Part shown: positions 1 to 18,760 of the stretch, in pieces | Layout of the letters: the number at the start of each line of letters is the position of its first letter | Position numbering within the stretch: the stretch's first letter is position 1 | Assembly (NCBI GenBank): GCA_963806185.1 | Contig: CAWDXE010000004.1 | Location: 320,001 to 384,000 of the forward strand | Source: an uncultured candidate division Zixibacteria bacterium | Lineage (GTDB): Bacteria > Zixibacteria > MSB-5A5 > GN15 > FEB-12 | Direction of reading: 5' to 3' | DNA length: 64,000 nucleotides | The notes under the pieces: model-generated | What the model saw: only the letters and a program-made list of their open reading frames with translations | Told to the model about the DNA's origin: nothing | Database searches by the model: none | Program-made: the position numbers and the translations under genes

Positions 1-3372
<3,372 letters not shown>

Positions 3373-3431
3373 GCGAGTCTCTTTTTATGTGCTTTCGCTT
3401 GACTCGTTATTGATGTGATAGAGGAGTATTT

Positions 3432-3807
3432 GTGCCGACGATTAGTCAGTTGATCCGTAAGGGACGCATAGAGATAGTCGAAAAGACCAAGACCCCGGCG
3501 TTGCAGGAATCGCCCGCAGAAGCGCGGTGTCTGCACCCGTGTGTATACGTCGACCCCGAAGAAGCCGAATTCGGCCCTTCGGAAAGTGGCTCGCGTGCGC
3601 CTGACCAATCAGATTGAAGTAACGGCCTATATTCCCGGTGAAGGACACAATCTGCAGGAGCACTCGATCGTGCTCATTCGCGGCGGTCGTGTTAAAGATC
3701 TCCCGGGTGTGCGGTATCATATCATCCGCGGGACCATGGACACCTCCGGCGTAAATGATCGTCGGAAGAGCCGTTCCAAGTACGGCGCCAAGCGGCCCAA
3801 AGGTTAA
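3432..3807 (+). CDS. rpsL: 30S ribosomal protein S12 (1 apparent frameshift)
   Basis: [39 protein letters not shown]. Confidence 0.97.
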
Positions 3808-3823
3808 GTGGTAGGGAAGTAGT

Positions 3824-4294
3824 ATGTCGAGACGAATTTCGACCGAGAAGCGCGAGACGCAACCGGATTTCAAGTATGGCGATCGACTGATTTCGCAGTT
3901 TATCGCATGCATGATGCAATCGGGAAAGCGGTCCACGGCGGAGCGCATTCTGTATTCGGCCATCGGTTCCATGGAGAAGAAGTCCGGCCAGAGCGGCCTG
4001 GACATGTTTCATAAGGCGGTGAACAACGTGAAGCCGGTGCTCGAGGTCAAGTCTCGTCGCGTCGGTGGCGCCAACTACCAGGTGCCGGTTGAAGTCCGGG
4101 CCGACCGCCGTACTGCGCTGGCGATTCGCTGGATCCTGACCTATTCCAGTGCGCGCAGCGAGAAGTCGATGGCGGACAAGCTGGCTGCGGAGTTTCTGTC
4201 GGCTGCCAACAACGAAGGCGCTTCAATTAAGAAGAAGGAGGATACTCACAAGATGGCTGAGGCCAATAAGGCCTTCGCGCATTTCAAATGGTAA
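3824..4294 (+). CDS. rpsG: 30S ribosomal protein S7
   Basis: EVKSRRVGGANYQVP, HKMAEANKAFAHF; intact ORF. Confidence 0.98.
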   Translation: MSRRISTEKRETQPDFKYGDRLISQFIACMMQSGKRSTAERILYSAIGSMEKKSGQSGLDMFHKAVNNVKPVLEVKSRRVGGANYQVPVEVRADRRTALAIRWILTYSSARSEKSMADKLAAEFLSAANNEGASIKKKEDTHKMAEANKAFAHFKW

Positions 4295-4500
4295 CCACGT
4301 GTCGTTAGCGCGGTCGCAACCCTGCGACTGAAACCGCAACCTCAAGTATTCATAGGTATCCATTGCGCGCCAGTGTGTTTAGGTAACTGAGAAGACATTA
4401 GCCCCGCTCTCTTCCTACCCTGCTGATTGGAAAGATTCGGGCTGGCGCTTCTCACCGGCAACAGCACCACTTTCTTGTAAGTATCAGTTAGGGATTTTTT

Positions 4501-6598
<2,098 letters not shown>

Positions 6599-6620
6599 GT
6601 TAGAGGAGTCTGAGGTCGCG

Positions 6621-7834
<1,214 letters not shown>

Positions 7835-7858
7835 GCGAAAGGCGTACACGGGACGCAT

Positions 7859-8161
<303 letters not shown>

Positions 8162-8174
8162 TAGGACGGGTGTC

Positions 8175-8810
8175 ATGAAAGAGATACTGGGAAAGAAAAT
8201 TGGCATGACCCGCGTCTTTCGCGAGAACGGCGAAGCGGTTCCAGTGACGGTGATCGAAGCCGGTCCGTGTCCGGTGGTGGCCAAGCGCACCGCGGAAAAG
8301 CACGGGTACGCGGCGTATCAGGTCGGTTTTGGCGCGCGCACGAAAGAATCGCACGAACAAGCCGATGGCGGGAATTTTCGCCAAGGCGAATATGACCCGA
8401 CTCGCAATTCTTCGCGAGATCCGCTTTGACGAGAGCGATCTGGAGATCGGCGCTCTGCTCAAAGTGGAGATCTTCAAGGAGGGCGAGCAGGTCGATGTCA
8501 CCGGTATTTCGCGCGGTCTCGGCTTTGCCGGGTGTGATGAAGCGCCACAATTTCGGCGGCGGTCCGATGACCCACGGTCAGTCCGACCGCCAGCGCGCTC
8601 CCGGTTCAGTCGGCTCTTCGTCGTATCCGTCGCGCGTCTTCAAGGGCCATGCGCATGGCCGGCCGGATGGGCCGGGACAAGGTCACGACCCTGAATCTGG
8701 AGGTGGTCCGGGTGATGGAAGATCAGAATTTGCTGCTGGTGAAGGGTGCCGTTCCGGGGCATCGCGGTTCACTGGTGAAGGTTCGCACAACCAATCGCGG
8801 TCGGAAGTAG
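8175..8810 (+). CDS. rplC: 50S ribosomal protein L3 (frameshifted)
   Basis: [30 protein letters not shown]; position after rpsJ. Confidence 0.95.
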
Positions 8811-8814
8811 GTAG

Positions 8815-9454
8815 ATGACCATGACTGTGAAAGTTTACAATCAGGATGGCGCTGAGGTCGGCACCGTCGAGCTCAAGCCGGAAGTCTTCGGCATCGAGCC
8901 GAACGAGGCGGTGGTCCATCAGTACCTTGTCAACTATCCTCGCCCGTCAGCGTCAGGGAACGGCCAAGACGAAGACGCGCCACGAGGTGTCGCGGCGGCG
9001 GCAAGAAGCCGTGGCGTCAGAAGGGCACCGGTCGCGCTCGCGCCGGGTACGACCCGTTCGCCGCTGTGGCGTGGGCGGCGGCACGGTCTTCGGGCCGAAG
9101 CCGCGCAGCTATGGCTCGAACATGCCCAAGCAGATGAAGCGTCTGGCGATCCAATCGATCTTCTCCGACAAGGCGCGGAAGGAGCGGATCAGTCGTCGTC
9201 GATCGAGATCGAATTGGGCGAGATCAAGACCAAGAAGGTTGTCGACCATGCTCGTCCAAGCTCGAACTGAGCGGACAAGAAGTGCCTGATCCTCGATGAG
9301 GGGAAGAACGAGAAGTTGATGCTGTCGTGCCGCAATATTCCGACGGTGGCGTATCGCCGCGCCGCGCTGGCCAACGGCTACGAGCTGCTCAACGCCGATT
9401 ACCTGCTGCTGACCCAAGGCCGGGCTGGAGAAAGTGCAGGAGGTGTTCGCATGA
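8815..9454 (+). CDS. rplD: 50S ribosomal protein L4 (frameshifted)
   Basis: [38 protein letters not shown]. Confidence 0.93.
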
Positions 9455-9747
9455 AAGGTGATCCGCGTCAAATTATCAAGACGCATATTCAGACCGAACG
9501 CTCGACCATGCTGCAAAGAGCAGAATAACGAATATGTGTTCGAGGTCGACAAGCGCGCCGACAAGTACACCATCAAGGACGCGGTCGAAAAGGCGTTCAA
9601 GGTGAAAGTCGATTCGAGTTCGGACGATGATTGTCCCGGGCAAAGTGAAGCGCCTGGGCCGGTTCGAGGGGAAGACCCCGACCTGGAAAAAGGCGATCGT
9701 TCGTCTGAAGAAAGGCGCAGGTAATCTCGATCTTTGAGAATGTCTAA
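9451..9747 (+). CDS. rplW: 50S ribosomal protein L23 (frameshifted)
   Basis: YVFEVDKRADKYTIKDAVEKAFKVKV; synteny. Confidence 0.9.
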
Positions 9748-9763
9748 GCAAGGTGTATGACCT

Positions 9764-10599
9764 ATGGCTATTAAGAAATTTCGTCCGGTAACGCCCTCGC
9801 TGCGGTTTCGCACCGTCCCGACGTTTGAGGAAATCACGTCGACCATTCCGGAAAAGTCCCTGCTCGAGCCGCTGCGCAAGAGCGGCGGTCGCAACAACAA
9901 GGGACGCGTGACGGCCTTTCAGCGCGGCGGCGGCCACAAGCGTTTTTACCGCATGGTCGATTTCAAGCGCGACAAGCGCGATATTCCGGCCCGCGTGGCG
10001 TCGATCGAATACGATCCGAACCGTTCGGCCCGTATCGCCCTGCTGCATTATGTCGACGGCGAGAAGCGCTACATCCTGGCGCCCCATGATCTCAAGGTCG
10101 AACGACATGATCATGTCCGGCGACGAAGCGGAGATCAAGCTCGGCAACGCCATGCCGTTGTCGCGCATGCCGCTTGGCACGAACGTGCACAACGTCGAGA
10201 TGCGCCCGGGCAAGGGCGGCGCAGATGGCGCGTTCGGCCGGTTCGATGGTCCAGGTGGTGGCCAAAGAAGGCGATAAAGTTACGTCTGAAGATGCCGTCA
10301 GGCGAAATGCGCACGGTGCCGGCCATCTGCTACGCGACGATCGGCCAGGTGTCGAATCTCGATCACAAGAATATCGTGCTCGGCAAGGCCGGGGCCTCGC
10401 GCTGGCGCGGCCGCCGTCCGTCGGTTCGCGGCGTGGCCATGAACCCGATCGATCACCCGATGGGTGGTGGTGAAGGCCGCACCTCGGGCGGTCGTCATCC
10501 CTGTGACCCCGTGGGGCAAGCCGACCAAGGGATACAAGACACGGTCGAAGCGGAAATCGCTCGACGCATCTGGTTGAAGATCGTCGGAAGAAGAAATAA
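9764..10599 (+). CDS. rplB: 50S ribosomal protein L2 (frameshifted)
   Basis: [42 protein letters not shown]. Confidence 0.97.
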
Positions 10600-10617
10600 A
10601 TCGGAGTGAGTAATGAT

Positions 10618-10912
10618 ATGCCCCGTTCACTGAAAAAAGGTCCGTTCATTGATGACCATCTGCTGCAAGAAGGTGGAGACGCTGAATGCCGCGGCGACAA
10701 GAAGGTCATCAAGACCTGGTCGCGGCGCTCGACGATCAGTCCGGAATTTGTCGGGCACACCTTCGCCGTCCACAACGGGAACAAGTTCATTCCGATTTAC
10801 GTGTCGGAGAACATGGTCGGGCACAAGCTGGGTGAGTTTGCGCCGACGCGGACGTTCCGGGGTCATCGGGGGCAAAGTCGTCGAGCGGACCTCGGCAGTG
10901 AAAGGCGCGTAA
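10618..10912 (+). CDS. rpsS: 30S ribosomal protein S19 (frameshifted)
   Basis: [36 protein letters not shown]. Confidence 0.96.
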
Positions 10913-10920
10913 GGAGAGGT

Positions 10921-11443
10921 ATGCCGGTTCAAGCAACAGCTCGTCTGAGATACGTCAGTATCCCGCCGCGCAAGATGCGCCTGGTCGCTGACCTGGTTCG
11001 AAGGCATGCCGATCGAGAAGGCGCTGGATATTCTGAATTTTACGCCGCGTATCGCGGCGTATCACCATGGCCAAGACGCTGAAGTCGGCGGCGGCCAACG
11101 CGCTTTCGCTGGAAGGTACCGATCACCTGCATCCGGAAGACCTGTTTGTCAAGAACGGTCACGGTCGATCCCGGCCCGTCGGCCAAGCGGATTCGCTTCC
11201 AGTCGATGGGACGCGTGTTTCGGTATCGCAAGCACCATCTGTCATCTGACGGTGGTTCTGCAGGAACGTCCGACGAAGAAGGTAGCTCCGGCGGCGGCGG
11301 GCAAGCCGGGTGAGAGCCGCCACGGCCAAGGCCGCCCCGGTCGACGGAAGACGAAAGCCGCCCCGAAGAAGACGACGGCCAAGAAGACCACGAAGAAGGC
11401 GACTTCGACCGAAGGAGACCAAGACTCCGGCGAAGAAGAGTAA
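10921..11443 (+). CDS. rplV: 50S ribosomal protein L22 with Lys/Ala-rich C-terminal extension (frameshifted)
   Basis: [38 protein letters not shown]. Confidence 0.92.
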
Positions 11444-11460
11444 GACTAAGGAGTAATGGT

Positions 11461-12366
11461 TTGGGACAGAAGACCAATCCGATCGGTTTGCGCCTCGGGA
11501 TCATCAGGTCCTGGAACAGCCGGTGGTATGCTCCGCATCGCATGATTGCGGATCTGGTGCACGAAGATCATGCTGATCAAGCGCTACATCAACCGGCGTC
11601 TGGACAATGCGGGTATTTCGAATGTCTAGATCTCCCGCGCCCCGAAGAAAGTTACGGTGGATATTCTCACCGCCCGCCCCGGTATCGTTATCGGTCGTCG
11701 CGGCGCCGAAGTGGACAAGCTGCGCGAAGAGCTGCAGCTGCTGACCAAGAAGGATATCCTGCTGAATATCGTCGAGGTGCGAAAACCGGAACTCGATGCC
11801 AAGCTGGTGGCCGACTCGATCGCCCGCCAGCTCGAGGGTCGCGTCTCGTTCCGCCGCGCCATGAAGAAGTCGCTGGCCGGCCACCATGAAGATGGGCGCC
11901 GAGGGCATTCAAGATTCAGTGCGGCGGACGTCTTGGCGGCGCTGAAATCGCCCGCACGGAGAAGTACTGGAAGGTCGCGTGCCGCTTCACACGTTGCGCG
12001 CTGATATCGATTATGCCCAATCGACCGCTCATCACCACCTATGGCTACGATCGGCGTCAAGGTCTGGATCTGCCGCGGTGAGAGTTCTCGAGGTTGGCCA
12101 GTTCAACCAGCCTGAGGAAGCCAAGCAGAGCGATGCCGCAGCCAGAGGGTCCGGCGCCGCAGCGCCGTCCGCGCGACGATGATCGTCGTGGCGGTCCCGG
12201 TGGCGCGTGGTCGGCGTCATCAGCGTCCGCGCGGGCGAGTTCGTCGGCGACGGTCCGGGTGGGCCGGCCCGATCGCAGGGTCAGGATAATCGCGAGGGCG
12301 GTACGCCGCCGCGGGCGACGTCGACCGGAGCGCCCGGCGCGTCCCGGAAGGATCAACGGGCGGTGA
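11461..12366 (+). CDS. rpsC: 30S ribosomal protein S3 with Arg/Gly-rich tail (frameshifted; end approximate)
   Basis: [37 protein letters not shown]. Confidence 0.94.
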
Positions 12367-12415
12367 GCCCCGAAATCGGAGTAAGGCGTCCTGGAGTAAT
12401 GGAGTTAGATAGGAT

Positions 12416-12843
<428 letters not shown>

Positions 12844-12845
12844 CG

Positions 12846-13098
12846 ATGAAGATGACGACCATTACGGGAAATGACACGCGACGGAGTTGATCAGCAAGCG
12901 CAACGACCTTCAGGACGAATTGTTCAACCTGAAGATGCGCAAGTCGATCAAGCCGCTGGAGAATCCGCTGCGCTTGCGCACGATTCGGCCGGGAGATCGG
13001 TCAGATCATGACGATCCTGAGCGAGGACGACAAGGGCCTCCGCAGACTCGCGGAAAGCAAGACCATCCATCCTGGGCGAGACGCACAAGAAGAAGTAA
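12846..13098 (+). CDS. rpmC: 50S ribosomal protein L29 (frameshifted)
   Basis: [20 protein letters not shown]; synteny between rplP and rpsQ. Confidence 0.85.
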
Positions 13099-13119
13099 GG
13101 CATGTTACGGAGTTGACTG

Positions 13120-13387
13120 ATGGCTGAAACGCGCCGAACGAAATCGACGCAAGGTTCGTCTGGGACGGTGGTCTCGGACAAGATGAACAAGAGTATTGTC
13201 GTGCGGATCGATCGGACAATGAAGCACCCGCTGTATCAGAAGACCGGTGAAGACCTTCACCAAGTTGTACGCTCATGACGAGAAGAATGAGGCCCGGGTC
13301 GGCGATCTGGTGCGGGTGATGGAGACGCGGCCGCTGTCCAAGCTGAAACGCTGGCGGCTGGTGGAAATCGTGGAGAAGGCGAAGTAG
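13120..13387 (+). CDS. rpsQ: 30S ribosomal protein S17 (frameshifted)
   Basis: [43 protein letters not shown] read from the sequence. Confidence 0.93.
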
Positions 13388-13422
13388 GCACTCCCGCGGC
13401 GCGGCGAGAAAGGCAGAGAGAT

Positions 13423-13788
13423 ATGATTCAGGAATTCACGGTACTGTCGGTGGCCGACAATTCGGGCGCCAAGCGCGCGATGTGTTTCCGCATTCTCGGC
13501 AGTCGGAAGAAATACGCCTCGATCGGCGACATCATCGTGGTGGCGGTCAAGGAAGCGATTCCCGGCGGCACCGTGAAGAAGTCCGAAGTGTGCAAGGCGG
13601 TCGTGGTGCGGACGACGACGGAAGTGCGTCGCAAAGACGGTTCTCTGATCCGGTTTTCGGACAACGCGGCGGTCATCATCAACGATCAGAAGGAACCGCG
13701 CGGAACGCGTATTTTCGGCCCGGTGGCCCGCGAACTGCGCGACAAGCAGTTCATGAAAATCGTTTCCCTGGCGCCGGAAGTGATCTGA
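13423..13788 (+). CDS. rplN: 50S ribosomal protein L14
   Basis: [21 protein letters not shown]; intact. Confidence 0.98.
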   Translation: MIQEFTVLSVADNSGAKRAMCFRILGSRKKYASIGDIIVVAVKEAIPGGTVKKSEVCKAVVVRTTTEVRRKDGSLIRFSDNAAVIINDQKEPRGTRIFGPVARELRDKQFMKIVSLAPEVI

Positions 13789-13806
13789 CGGAGGATTCTG
13801 AAGAAT

Positions 13807-14133
13807 ATGCGCATCAGAAAGGGTGACACCGTACTCGTGATCGACCGGCAGGACAAGGGCAAGACCGGCCGGGTGCTGTGGGTCGATACCGACAAGAACC
13901 GTGTGCTCGTCGAAGGGATCAACAAGAGGAAGAAACATCAGCGGCCGACCCAGAAGAATCCCAAGGGCGGTATCGTGACGATGGAAACGGCGGTTCACAT
14001 CAGCAATGTGGCGCTGTTTGTGAACGTTGACGGCAAGCACGAAGCCGACCCGGATCACGCACGAAGGTGATCGCACGAAGATGGTCGCAAGACGCGGGTC
14101 CGGATCGCTAAGGTGACCGGCGAGCAGATCTGA
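13807..14133 (+). CDS. rplX: 50S ribosomal protein L24 (frameshifted)
   Basis: [25 protein letters not shown]. Confidence 0.94.
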
Positions 14134-14147
14134 AGGGCGATGCGATT

Positions 14148-14691
14148 ATGACCAGATTGAAGGAAAAGTACTGACCAGGAAGTGGTGCCGAAGCTGATGA
14201 AGCAGAATAATTACCGTTCCGTCATGCAGGTGCCGCGGATCACCAAGATCACGGTCAATATGGGCCTCGGTGAAGCGACGCAGAACGCCAAGGTGCTGGA
14301 CGTGGCGGCCGGAGATCTGTCGACGATCACCGGCCAGAAGGCCGTTGATCACCAAGGCGCGCAAGAGCATCTCGAATTTCAAACTGCGCCAGGGTTCGGG
14401 TATCGGCTGCGATGGTCACGCTGCGCCGCGAGCGCATGTACGAGTTTCTTGATCGTCTGATCAACGTCGCCATGCCGCGCATTCGCGATTTCCGCGGCGT
14501 CAGCCCGAAGTCATTTGACGGTCGCGGCAATTACAATCTGGGCTTGCGCGAGCAGTTGATCTTTCCGGAAATCGACTACGATAAAATTGACAAAGTTCGC
14601 GGGATGACCATATCCATTACCACCACGGCGCAGGACCGATGATGAGGCCCGCCAGTTGCTGGCCGAAATGGGCATGCCGTTCCGTAAGTAG
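14148..14691 (+). CDS. rplE: 50S ribosomal protein L5 (frameshifted)
   Basis: [37 protein letters not shown]. Confidence 0.95.
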
Positions 14692-14698
14692 GAGATCG

Positions 14699-14885
14699 AT
14701 GGCCAAGAAGTGTTTGATTGAGAAGCAGAAGACGCACGCCGAAGTTTGCGGTGCGTAAGTACAGCCGCTGCCGCCGCTGCGGGCGGCCGCACGCCTACCT
14801 GCGCCGCTTCGGTCTCTGCCGTATTTGTTTTCGGCAGATGGCCCTCGCCGGCGATTTGCCGGGTGTGGTGAAGGCCAGTTGGTAA
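14699..14885 (+). CDS. rpsZ: 30S ribosomal protein S14, zinc-binding short type (1 frameshift)
   Basis: [26 protein letters not shown]...PGVVKASW read from the sequence. Confidence 0.93.
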
Positions 14886-14918
14886 GAATATTCGCATCGC
14901 GTTTGGGAGTAGTGTAGC

Positions 14919-15319
14919 ATGAGCATGACAGATCCGATCGCTGATCTGTTGACCCGGATTCGCAACGCGTCGAAAGCCAAGAAACCGGCGGTCGACGTTC
15001 CGGCGTCCAAGGTAAAGCGACAGATCATTGAGATCCTCAGGGAAACAATTTCGTTCGCGATATCGTCGAACTGCCCGACAACAAGCAGGGCATCCTCCGG
15101 GTTTACCTGCGGTACAGTCAGGGAGACGTTCCGATCATCAAGGGACTGGAACGGATGTCGTCGCCCGGATTGCACAAATATCTGGATGCCGAGCAGGTTC
15201 GTCTGACGACGTTCAATACGCGCGGTATCGCAATCATCTCGACCTCGTCGGGGATCATGACCAACTTCGAAGCCGCCAAACGTCGAATCGGCGGCGAGAT
15301 CATGCTGAGATGCTGGTAA
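14919..15319 (+). CDS. rpsH: 30S ribosomal protein S8 (frameshifted)
   Basis: [35 protein letters not shown]. Confidence 0.95.
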
Positions 15320-15331
15320 GGTAGGAACGAT

Positions 15332-15871
15332 ATGTCGCGCGTAGGCAAAAAACCGGTACCCATTCCGGATAAGACGAAGGTGCAAATCAACGGTCGGCAC
15401 GTGACCGTCACCGGCCCCAAGGGCACACTGCAGATGGATATACATCCGGATATGACAGTGGCCATGGAGCACAACACGGTGGTAGTGACGCGGCCGACGG
15501 ACGAGAAAAAGCATCGTGCCCTGCACGGTCTGACCCGCGCCCTGGTCGCCAACATGGTGACGGGTGTAAACGAGGGATACAAGCGAGAACTGGAAATGGT
15601 CGGCGTCGGGTACCGCGCGGAAATACGCGGCAAGTCGCTGGTATTGAGTCTGGGCTATTCCCATCCGATCGTGCTCCTGCCGCCGGCAGGAATACATATT
15701 ACGGTCGAGCCCAAAGAATCCAAGATTCGCGTCGAGGGCATCGATAAGGAACTGGTCGGCTCCACCGCGGCGAAGATTCGTTCGTTCCGCAAGCCGGAAC
15801 CCTACAAAGGCAAGGGTGTCCGGTATCTGGGTGAAGTCGTTCGCACCAAGGCCGGGAAGACCGCCGGTTGA
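15332..15871 (+). CDS. rplF: 50S ribosomal protein L6
   Basis: MSRVGKKPV, PEPYKGKGVRY. Confidence 0.98.
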   Translation: MSRVGKKPVPIPDKTKVQINGRHVTVTGPKGTLQMDIHPDMTVAMEHNTVVVTRPTDEKKHRALHGLTRALVANMVTGVNEGYKRELEMVGVGYRAEIRGKSLVLSLGYSHPIVLLPPAGIHITVEPKESKIRVEGIDKELVGSTAAKIRSFRKPEPYKGKGVRYLGEVVRTKAGKTAG

Positions 15872-15888
15872 GTTAAGGACTGCGTGCT

Positions 15889-16263
15889 ATGGCTGTTAAG
15901 ACTGTGGAAAGATTTCGTAAGGCCGAGCGCCGCCGTCGGCGGGTTCGCGCTAAAGTGTTTGGCACGACCGCGTGTCCGCGCCTGACCGTGTACAAGTCGC
16001 TCAATAACGTGATGGCGCAGATCGTCGACGACGAAAAGATGATCACGCTGGTCGGTGTGGCTTCCAATTCCAAGGCGATGGAAGGCGCGATTGACGACAA
16101 GGAGAACAAGACGGCCGCGGCCAAGAAGGTCGGGAAAAAGATCGCCGAGTTGGCCAAGGCCAAGGGGATCGAGAGCGTGGTGTTCGATCGCAACGTCAAT
16201 CGGTATCATGGCCGGGTAAAAGCGGTCGCCGACGGCGCGCGCGAAGGTGGATTGAAGTTCTAG
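15889..16263 (+). CDS. rplR: 50S ribosomal protein L18
   Basis: PRLTVYKS, VVFDR, YHGRVKAVADGAREGGLKF. Confidence 0.97.
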   Translation: MAVKTVERFRKAERRRRRVRAKVFGTTACPRLTVYKSLNNVMAQIVDDEKMITLVGVASNSKAMEGAIDDKENKTAAAKKVGKKIAELAKAKGIESVVFDRNVNRYHGRVKAVADGAREGGLKF

Positions 16264-16300
16264 GACGAGCAATTTTTCGATTTGGCAATAGAGGTAGCGA

Positions 16301-16783
16301 TTGGCGAAATTTGAAATGGACAACCTCGAGTTCGAGGAAAAAGTAATCTCGGTCAATCGAGTCGCCAAAGTGGTAAAGGGTGGACGTCGCTTCAGTTTTA
16401 CCGCTCTGGTAACGGTCGGTGATCGACGGGGCAAGGTCGGCATCGGTCTGGGCAAAGCCTCGGAAGTCTCCGATGCGATTCGTAAGGGGACCGAAGCCGC
16501 TCGTCGGAGCATGAAACCGGTCAACCTGGTCAATGGAACGATTCCGCACCGTATCGACGGTGAGTATGGCGCGACCAAAGTGGTCATGCGCCCGGCTTCG
16601 CCCGGTACCGGTGTGATTGCCGGCGGCGCCGTGCGCGCGGTACTGGAATCGCTGGGCGTACAGGACATTTTGACCAAAGTACTGGGCAGCCGCAATCCGA
16701 ACAACGTCGTCAAGGCGACGCTGGACGGTTTGACGAGTCTGCGCACCCGAGATCAGGAAGAAGCATTCAGACAGACCGTCTGA
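16301..16783 (+). CDS. rpsE: 30S ribosomal protein S5
   Basis: [23 protein letters not shown]. Confidence 0.98.
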   Translation: MAKFEMDNLEFEEKVISVNRVAKVVKGGRRFSFTALVTVGDRRGKVGIGLGKASEVSDAIRKGTEAARRSMKPVNLVNGTIPHRIDGEYGATKVVMRPASPGTGVIAGGAVRAVLESLGVQDILTKVLGSRNPNNVVKATLDGLTSLRTRDQEEAFRQTV

Positions 16784-16802
16784 TGCTCTGGTGAGGACAG
16801 AA

Positions 16803-16985
16803 ATGGCCAAAGTGAAAGTTACACAGACGCGCAGTACGATAGACTGCAATGAGCCGCAGAAGCGGACGATCAAGGCGCTTGGTCTGGGCAAAATCCGTCG
16901 AAGTGTCATACACGAAGATACGCCGCAGATTCGCGGCATGATCCGTGCCGTTATCCATCTGGTCAAGGTTGAACCGGTTGCGTAA
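16803..16985 (+). CDS. rpmD: 50S ribosomal protein L30
   Basis: VKVTQTRS, TIKALGLGKI, IRGMI. Confidence 0.94.
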   Translation: MAKVKVTQTRSTIDCNEPQKRTIKALGLGKIRRSVIHEDTPQIRGMIRAVIHLVKVEPVA

Positions 16986-17012
16986 TGGTTACGGGATGTT
17001 GAAAGGGAACCC

Positions 17013-17452
17013 ATGCAGCTTCACACGCTAAAACCAACACCTGGCTCCAAGAAAGACCGCAAACGGGTCGGGCGTGGCGCGGGCAGCGGTCGGGGCGAAA
17101 CGTCCGGGCGCGGCCATAAAGGCGCCGGGCGCGCAGCGGCTTCAAACGGAAAATCGGCCACGAAGGCGGGCAGATGCCGTTGCATCGTCGTCTGCCGAAA
17201 TTTGGCTTCACAAATATTTTCCGCCAGCCGGTCCAGGTCGTGAACGTGTCCGATCTGGCTCGCTGCAATGCGAATGAGATTACCACCGAGACGCTCCTGG
17301 CGGCCGGTTTGATTTCCCATGCCGCGGAGCCGGTCAAGATCCTCGGCAACGGTTCGGTTGACAAAGCTTACACGGTCAAGGCTGCCGCATTTTCCAAGTC
17401 GGCAATTCAGAAGATTGAAGCTGCCGGCGGAAAAACTGAGGTGCTTCAGTGA
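17013..17452 (+). CDS. rplO: 50S ribosomal protein L15 (frameshifted)
   Basis: [31 protein letters not shown]. Confidence 0.95.
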
Positions 17453-18760
17453 TAGAAACTTTCCGCTCCATATTCAAGGTGGAGGAGCTGCGGCGGCGCA
17501 TATTCTTTACGCTTGCCCTGCTCGTCGTATATCGCATCGGTGGCCATATTCCGACGCCCGGTGTCGACGGATCGATCATCGCGCAGTTTTTTAATCAGTC
17601 GCAGTCGATTTTCGGACTGCTCGATATGTTCGCCGGCGGTGCCTTCGCCAAGGCGACCATTTTCGCCATGGGTATCATGCCCTACATCTCCGCGTCGATT
17701 ATGCTCCAGTTGCTCGGCGCGGTGGTGCCCGTATCTGCAGCGTCTGCAGCGCGAAGGTGAAGAAGGGCGGCGCAAGATCACGCAGTACACGCGCTACCTG
17801 ACCGTGTTGATCGCGGCCCTGCAGGCCTGGGCGACGGCCGGATTTCTGATTTCGATCAATTTCAACGGCATGCAGGCCGTGCACATGGCGCCGAGCGCCT
17901 TTATTCCGCTCACGATGCTGACGTTCACCTGCGGCACGATCTTTATCATGTGGCTGGGTGAGCAGATCACCGAGCGTGGCATCGGCAACGGTATTTCGTT
18001 GATCATCTTCATCGGCATCATCGCGCGCTTCCCGGAAGCGATTATCGAGGAAGTCCAGTATGTGCTGGTCGGGACCCGTGAATTCTGGGTCGAACTGATC
18101 ATGGTCGCGGCGATGATCCTGGTGATCATGGCGGTCATCATGATGACGCGCGCTCAGCGCCGCATTCCGGTGCAGTACCCGCGCAAGGTGGTCGGACGTC
18201 GCGTGTTCGGCGGTGCGACGACGCACCTGCCGCTGTCGGTGAACTCGGCCGGCGTTATCCCGATCATTTTCGCGCAGTCGATCATGTTTCTCCCGTCGAC
18301 GGTCGCCCAGTTGTTTCCGACGACGGAATGGCTGCAGAATCTGGTCTCGATCGGTCTTCGCCCCGGCGGCTGGTGGTACAGCATCATTTACGGGCTGATC
18401 ATCGTTTTCTTCGCTTACTTCTATACCGCGATCGTTTTCAATCCGATTGAGATCGCGGATAATATGCGTAAGAACGGCGGGTTCATTCCCGGCATTCGCC
18501 CGGGGAAGAACACGGCGGATTATATTGAGAAAGTCCTCACCCGGATCACGCTTCCGGGTGCGCTGTTCTTCGCCGCGATCGCCATTCTTCCCTGGGTGCT
18601 GATCGGGCAGCTCAACGTTCAGTTCTTTTTCGGCGGCACGGGTCTGCTGATTGTTGTGGGTGTCGCCCTTGACACGCTGCAACAGATCGAGTCGCACCTC
18701 TTGATGCGTCATTATGACGGATTCCTGAAGAAGGGACGCATCAAAGGGAGATCGATGTAA
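17449..18760 (+). CDS. secY: preprotein translocase SecY (1 frameshift)
   Basis: GIMPYISASI, WLGEQITERGIGNGISL, FIPGIRPG, GGTGLLIVVGV. Confidence 0.97.
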
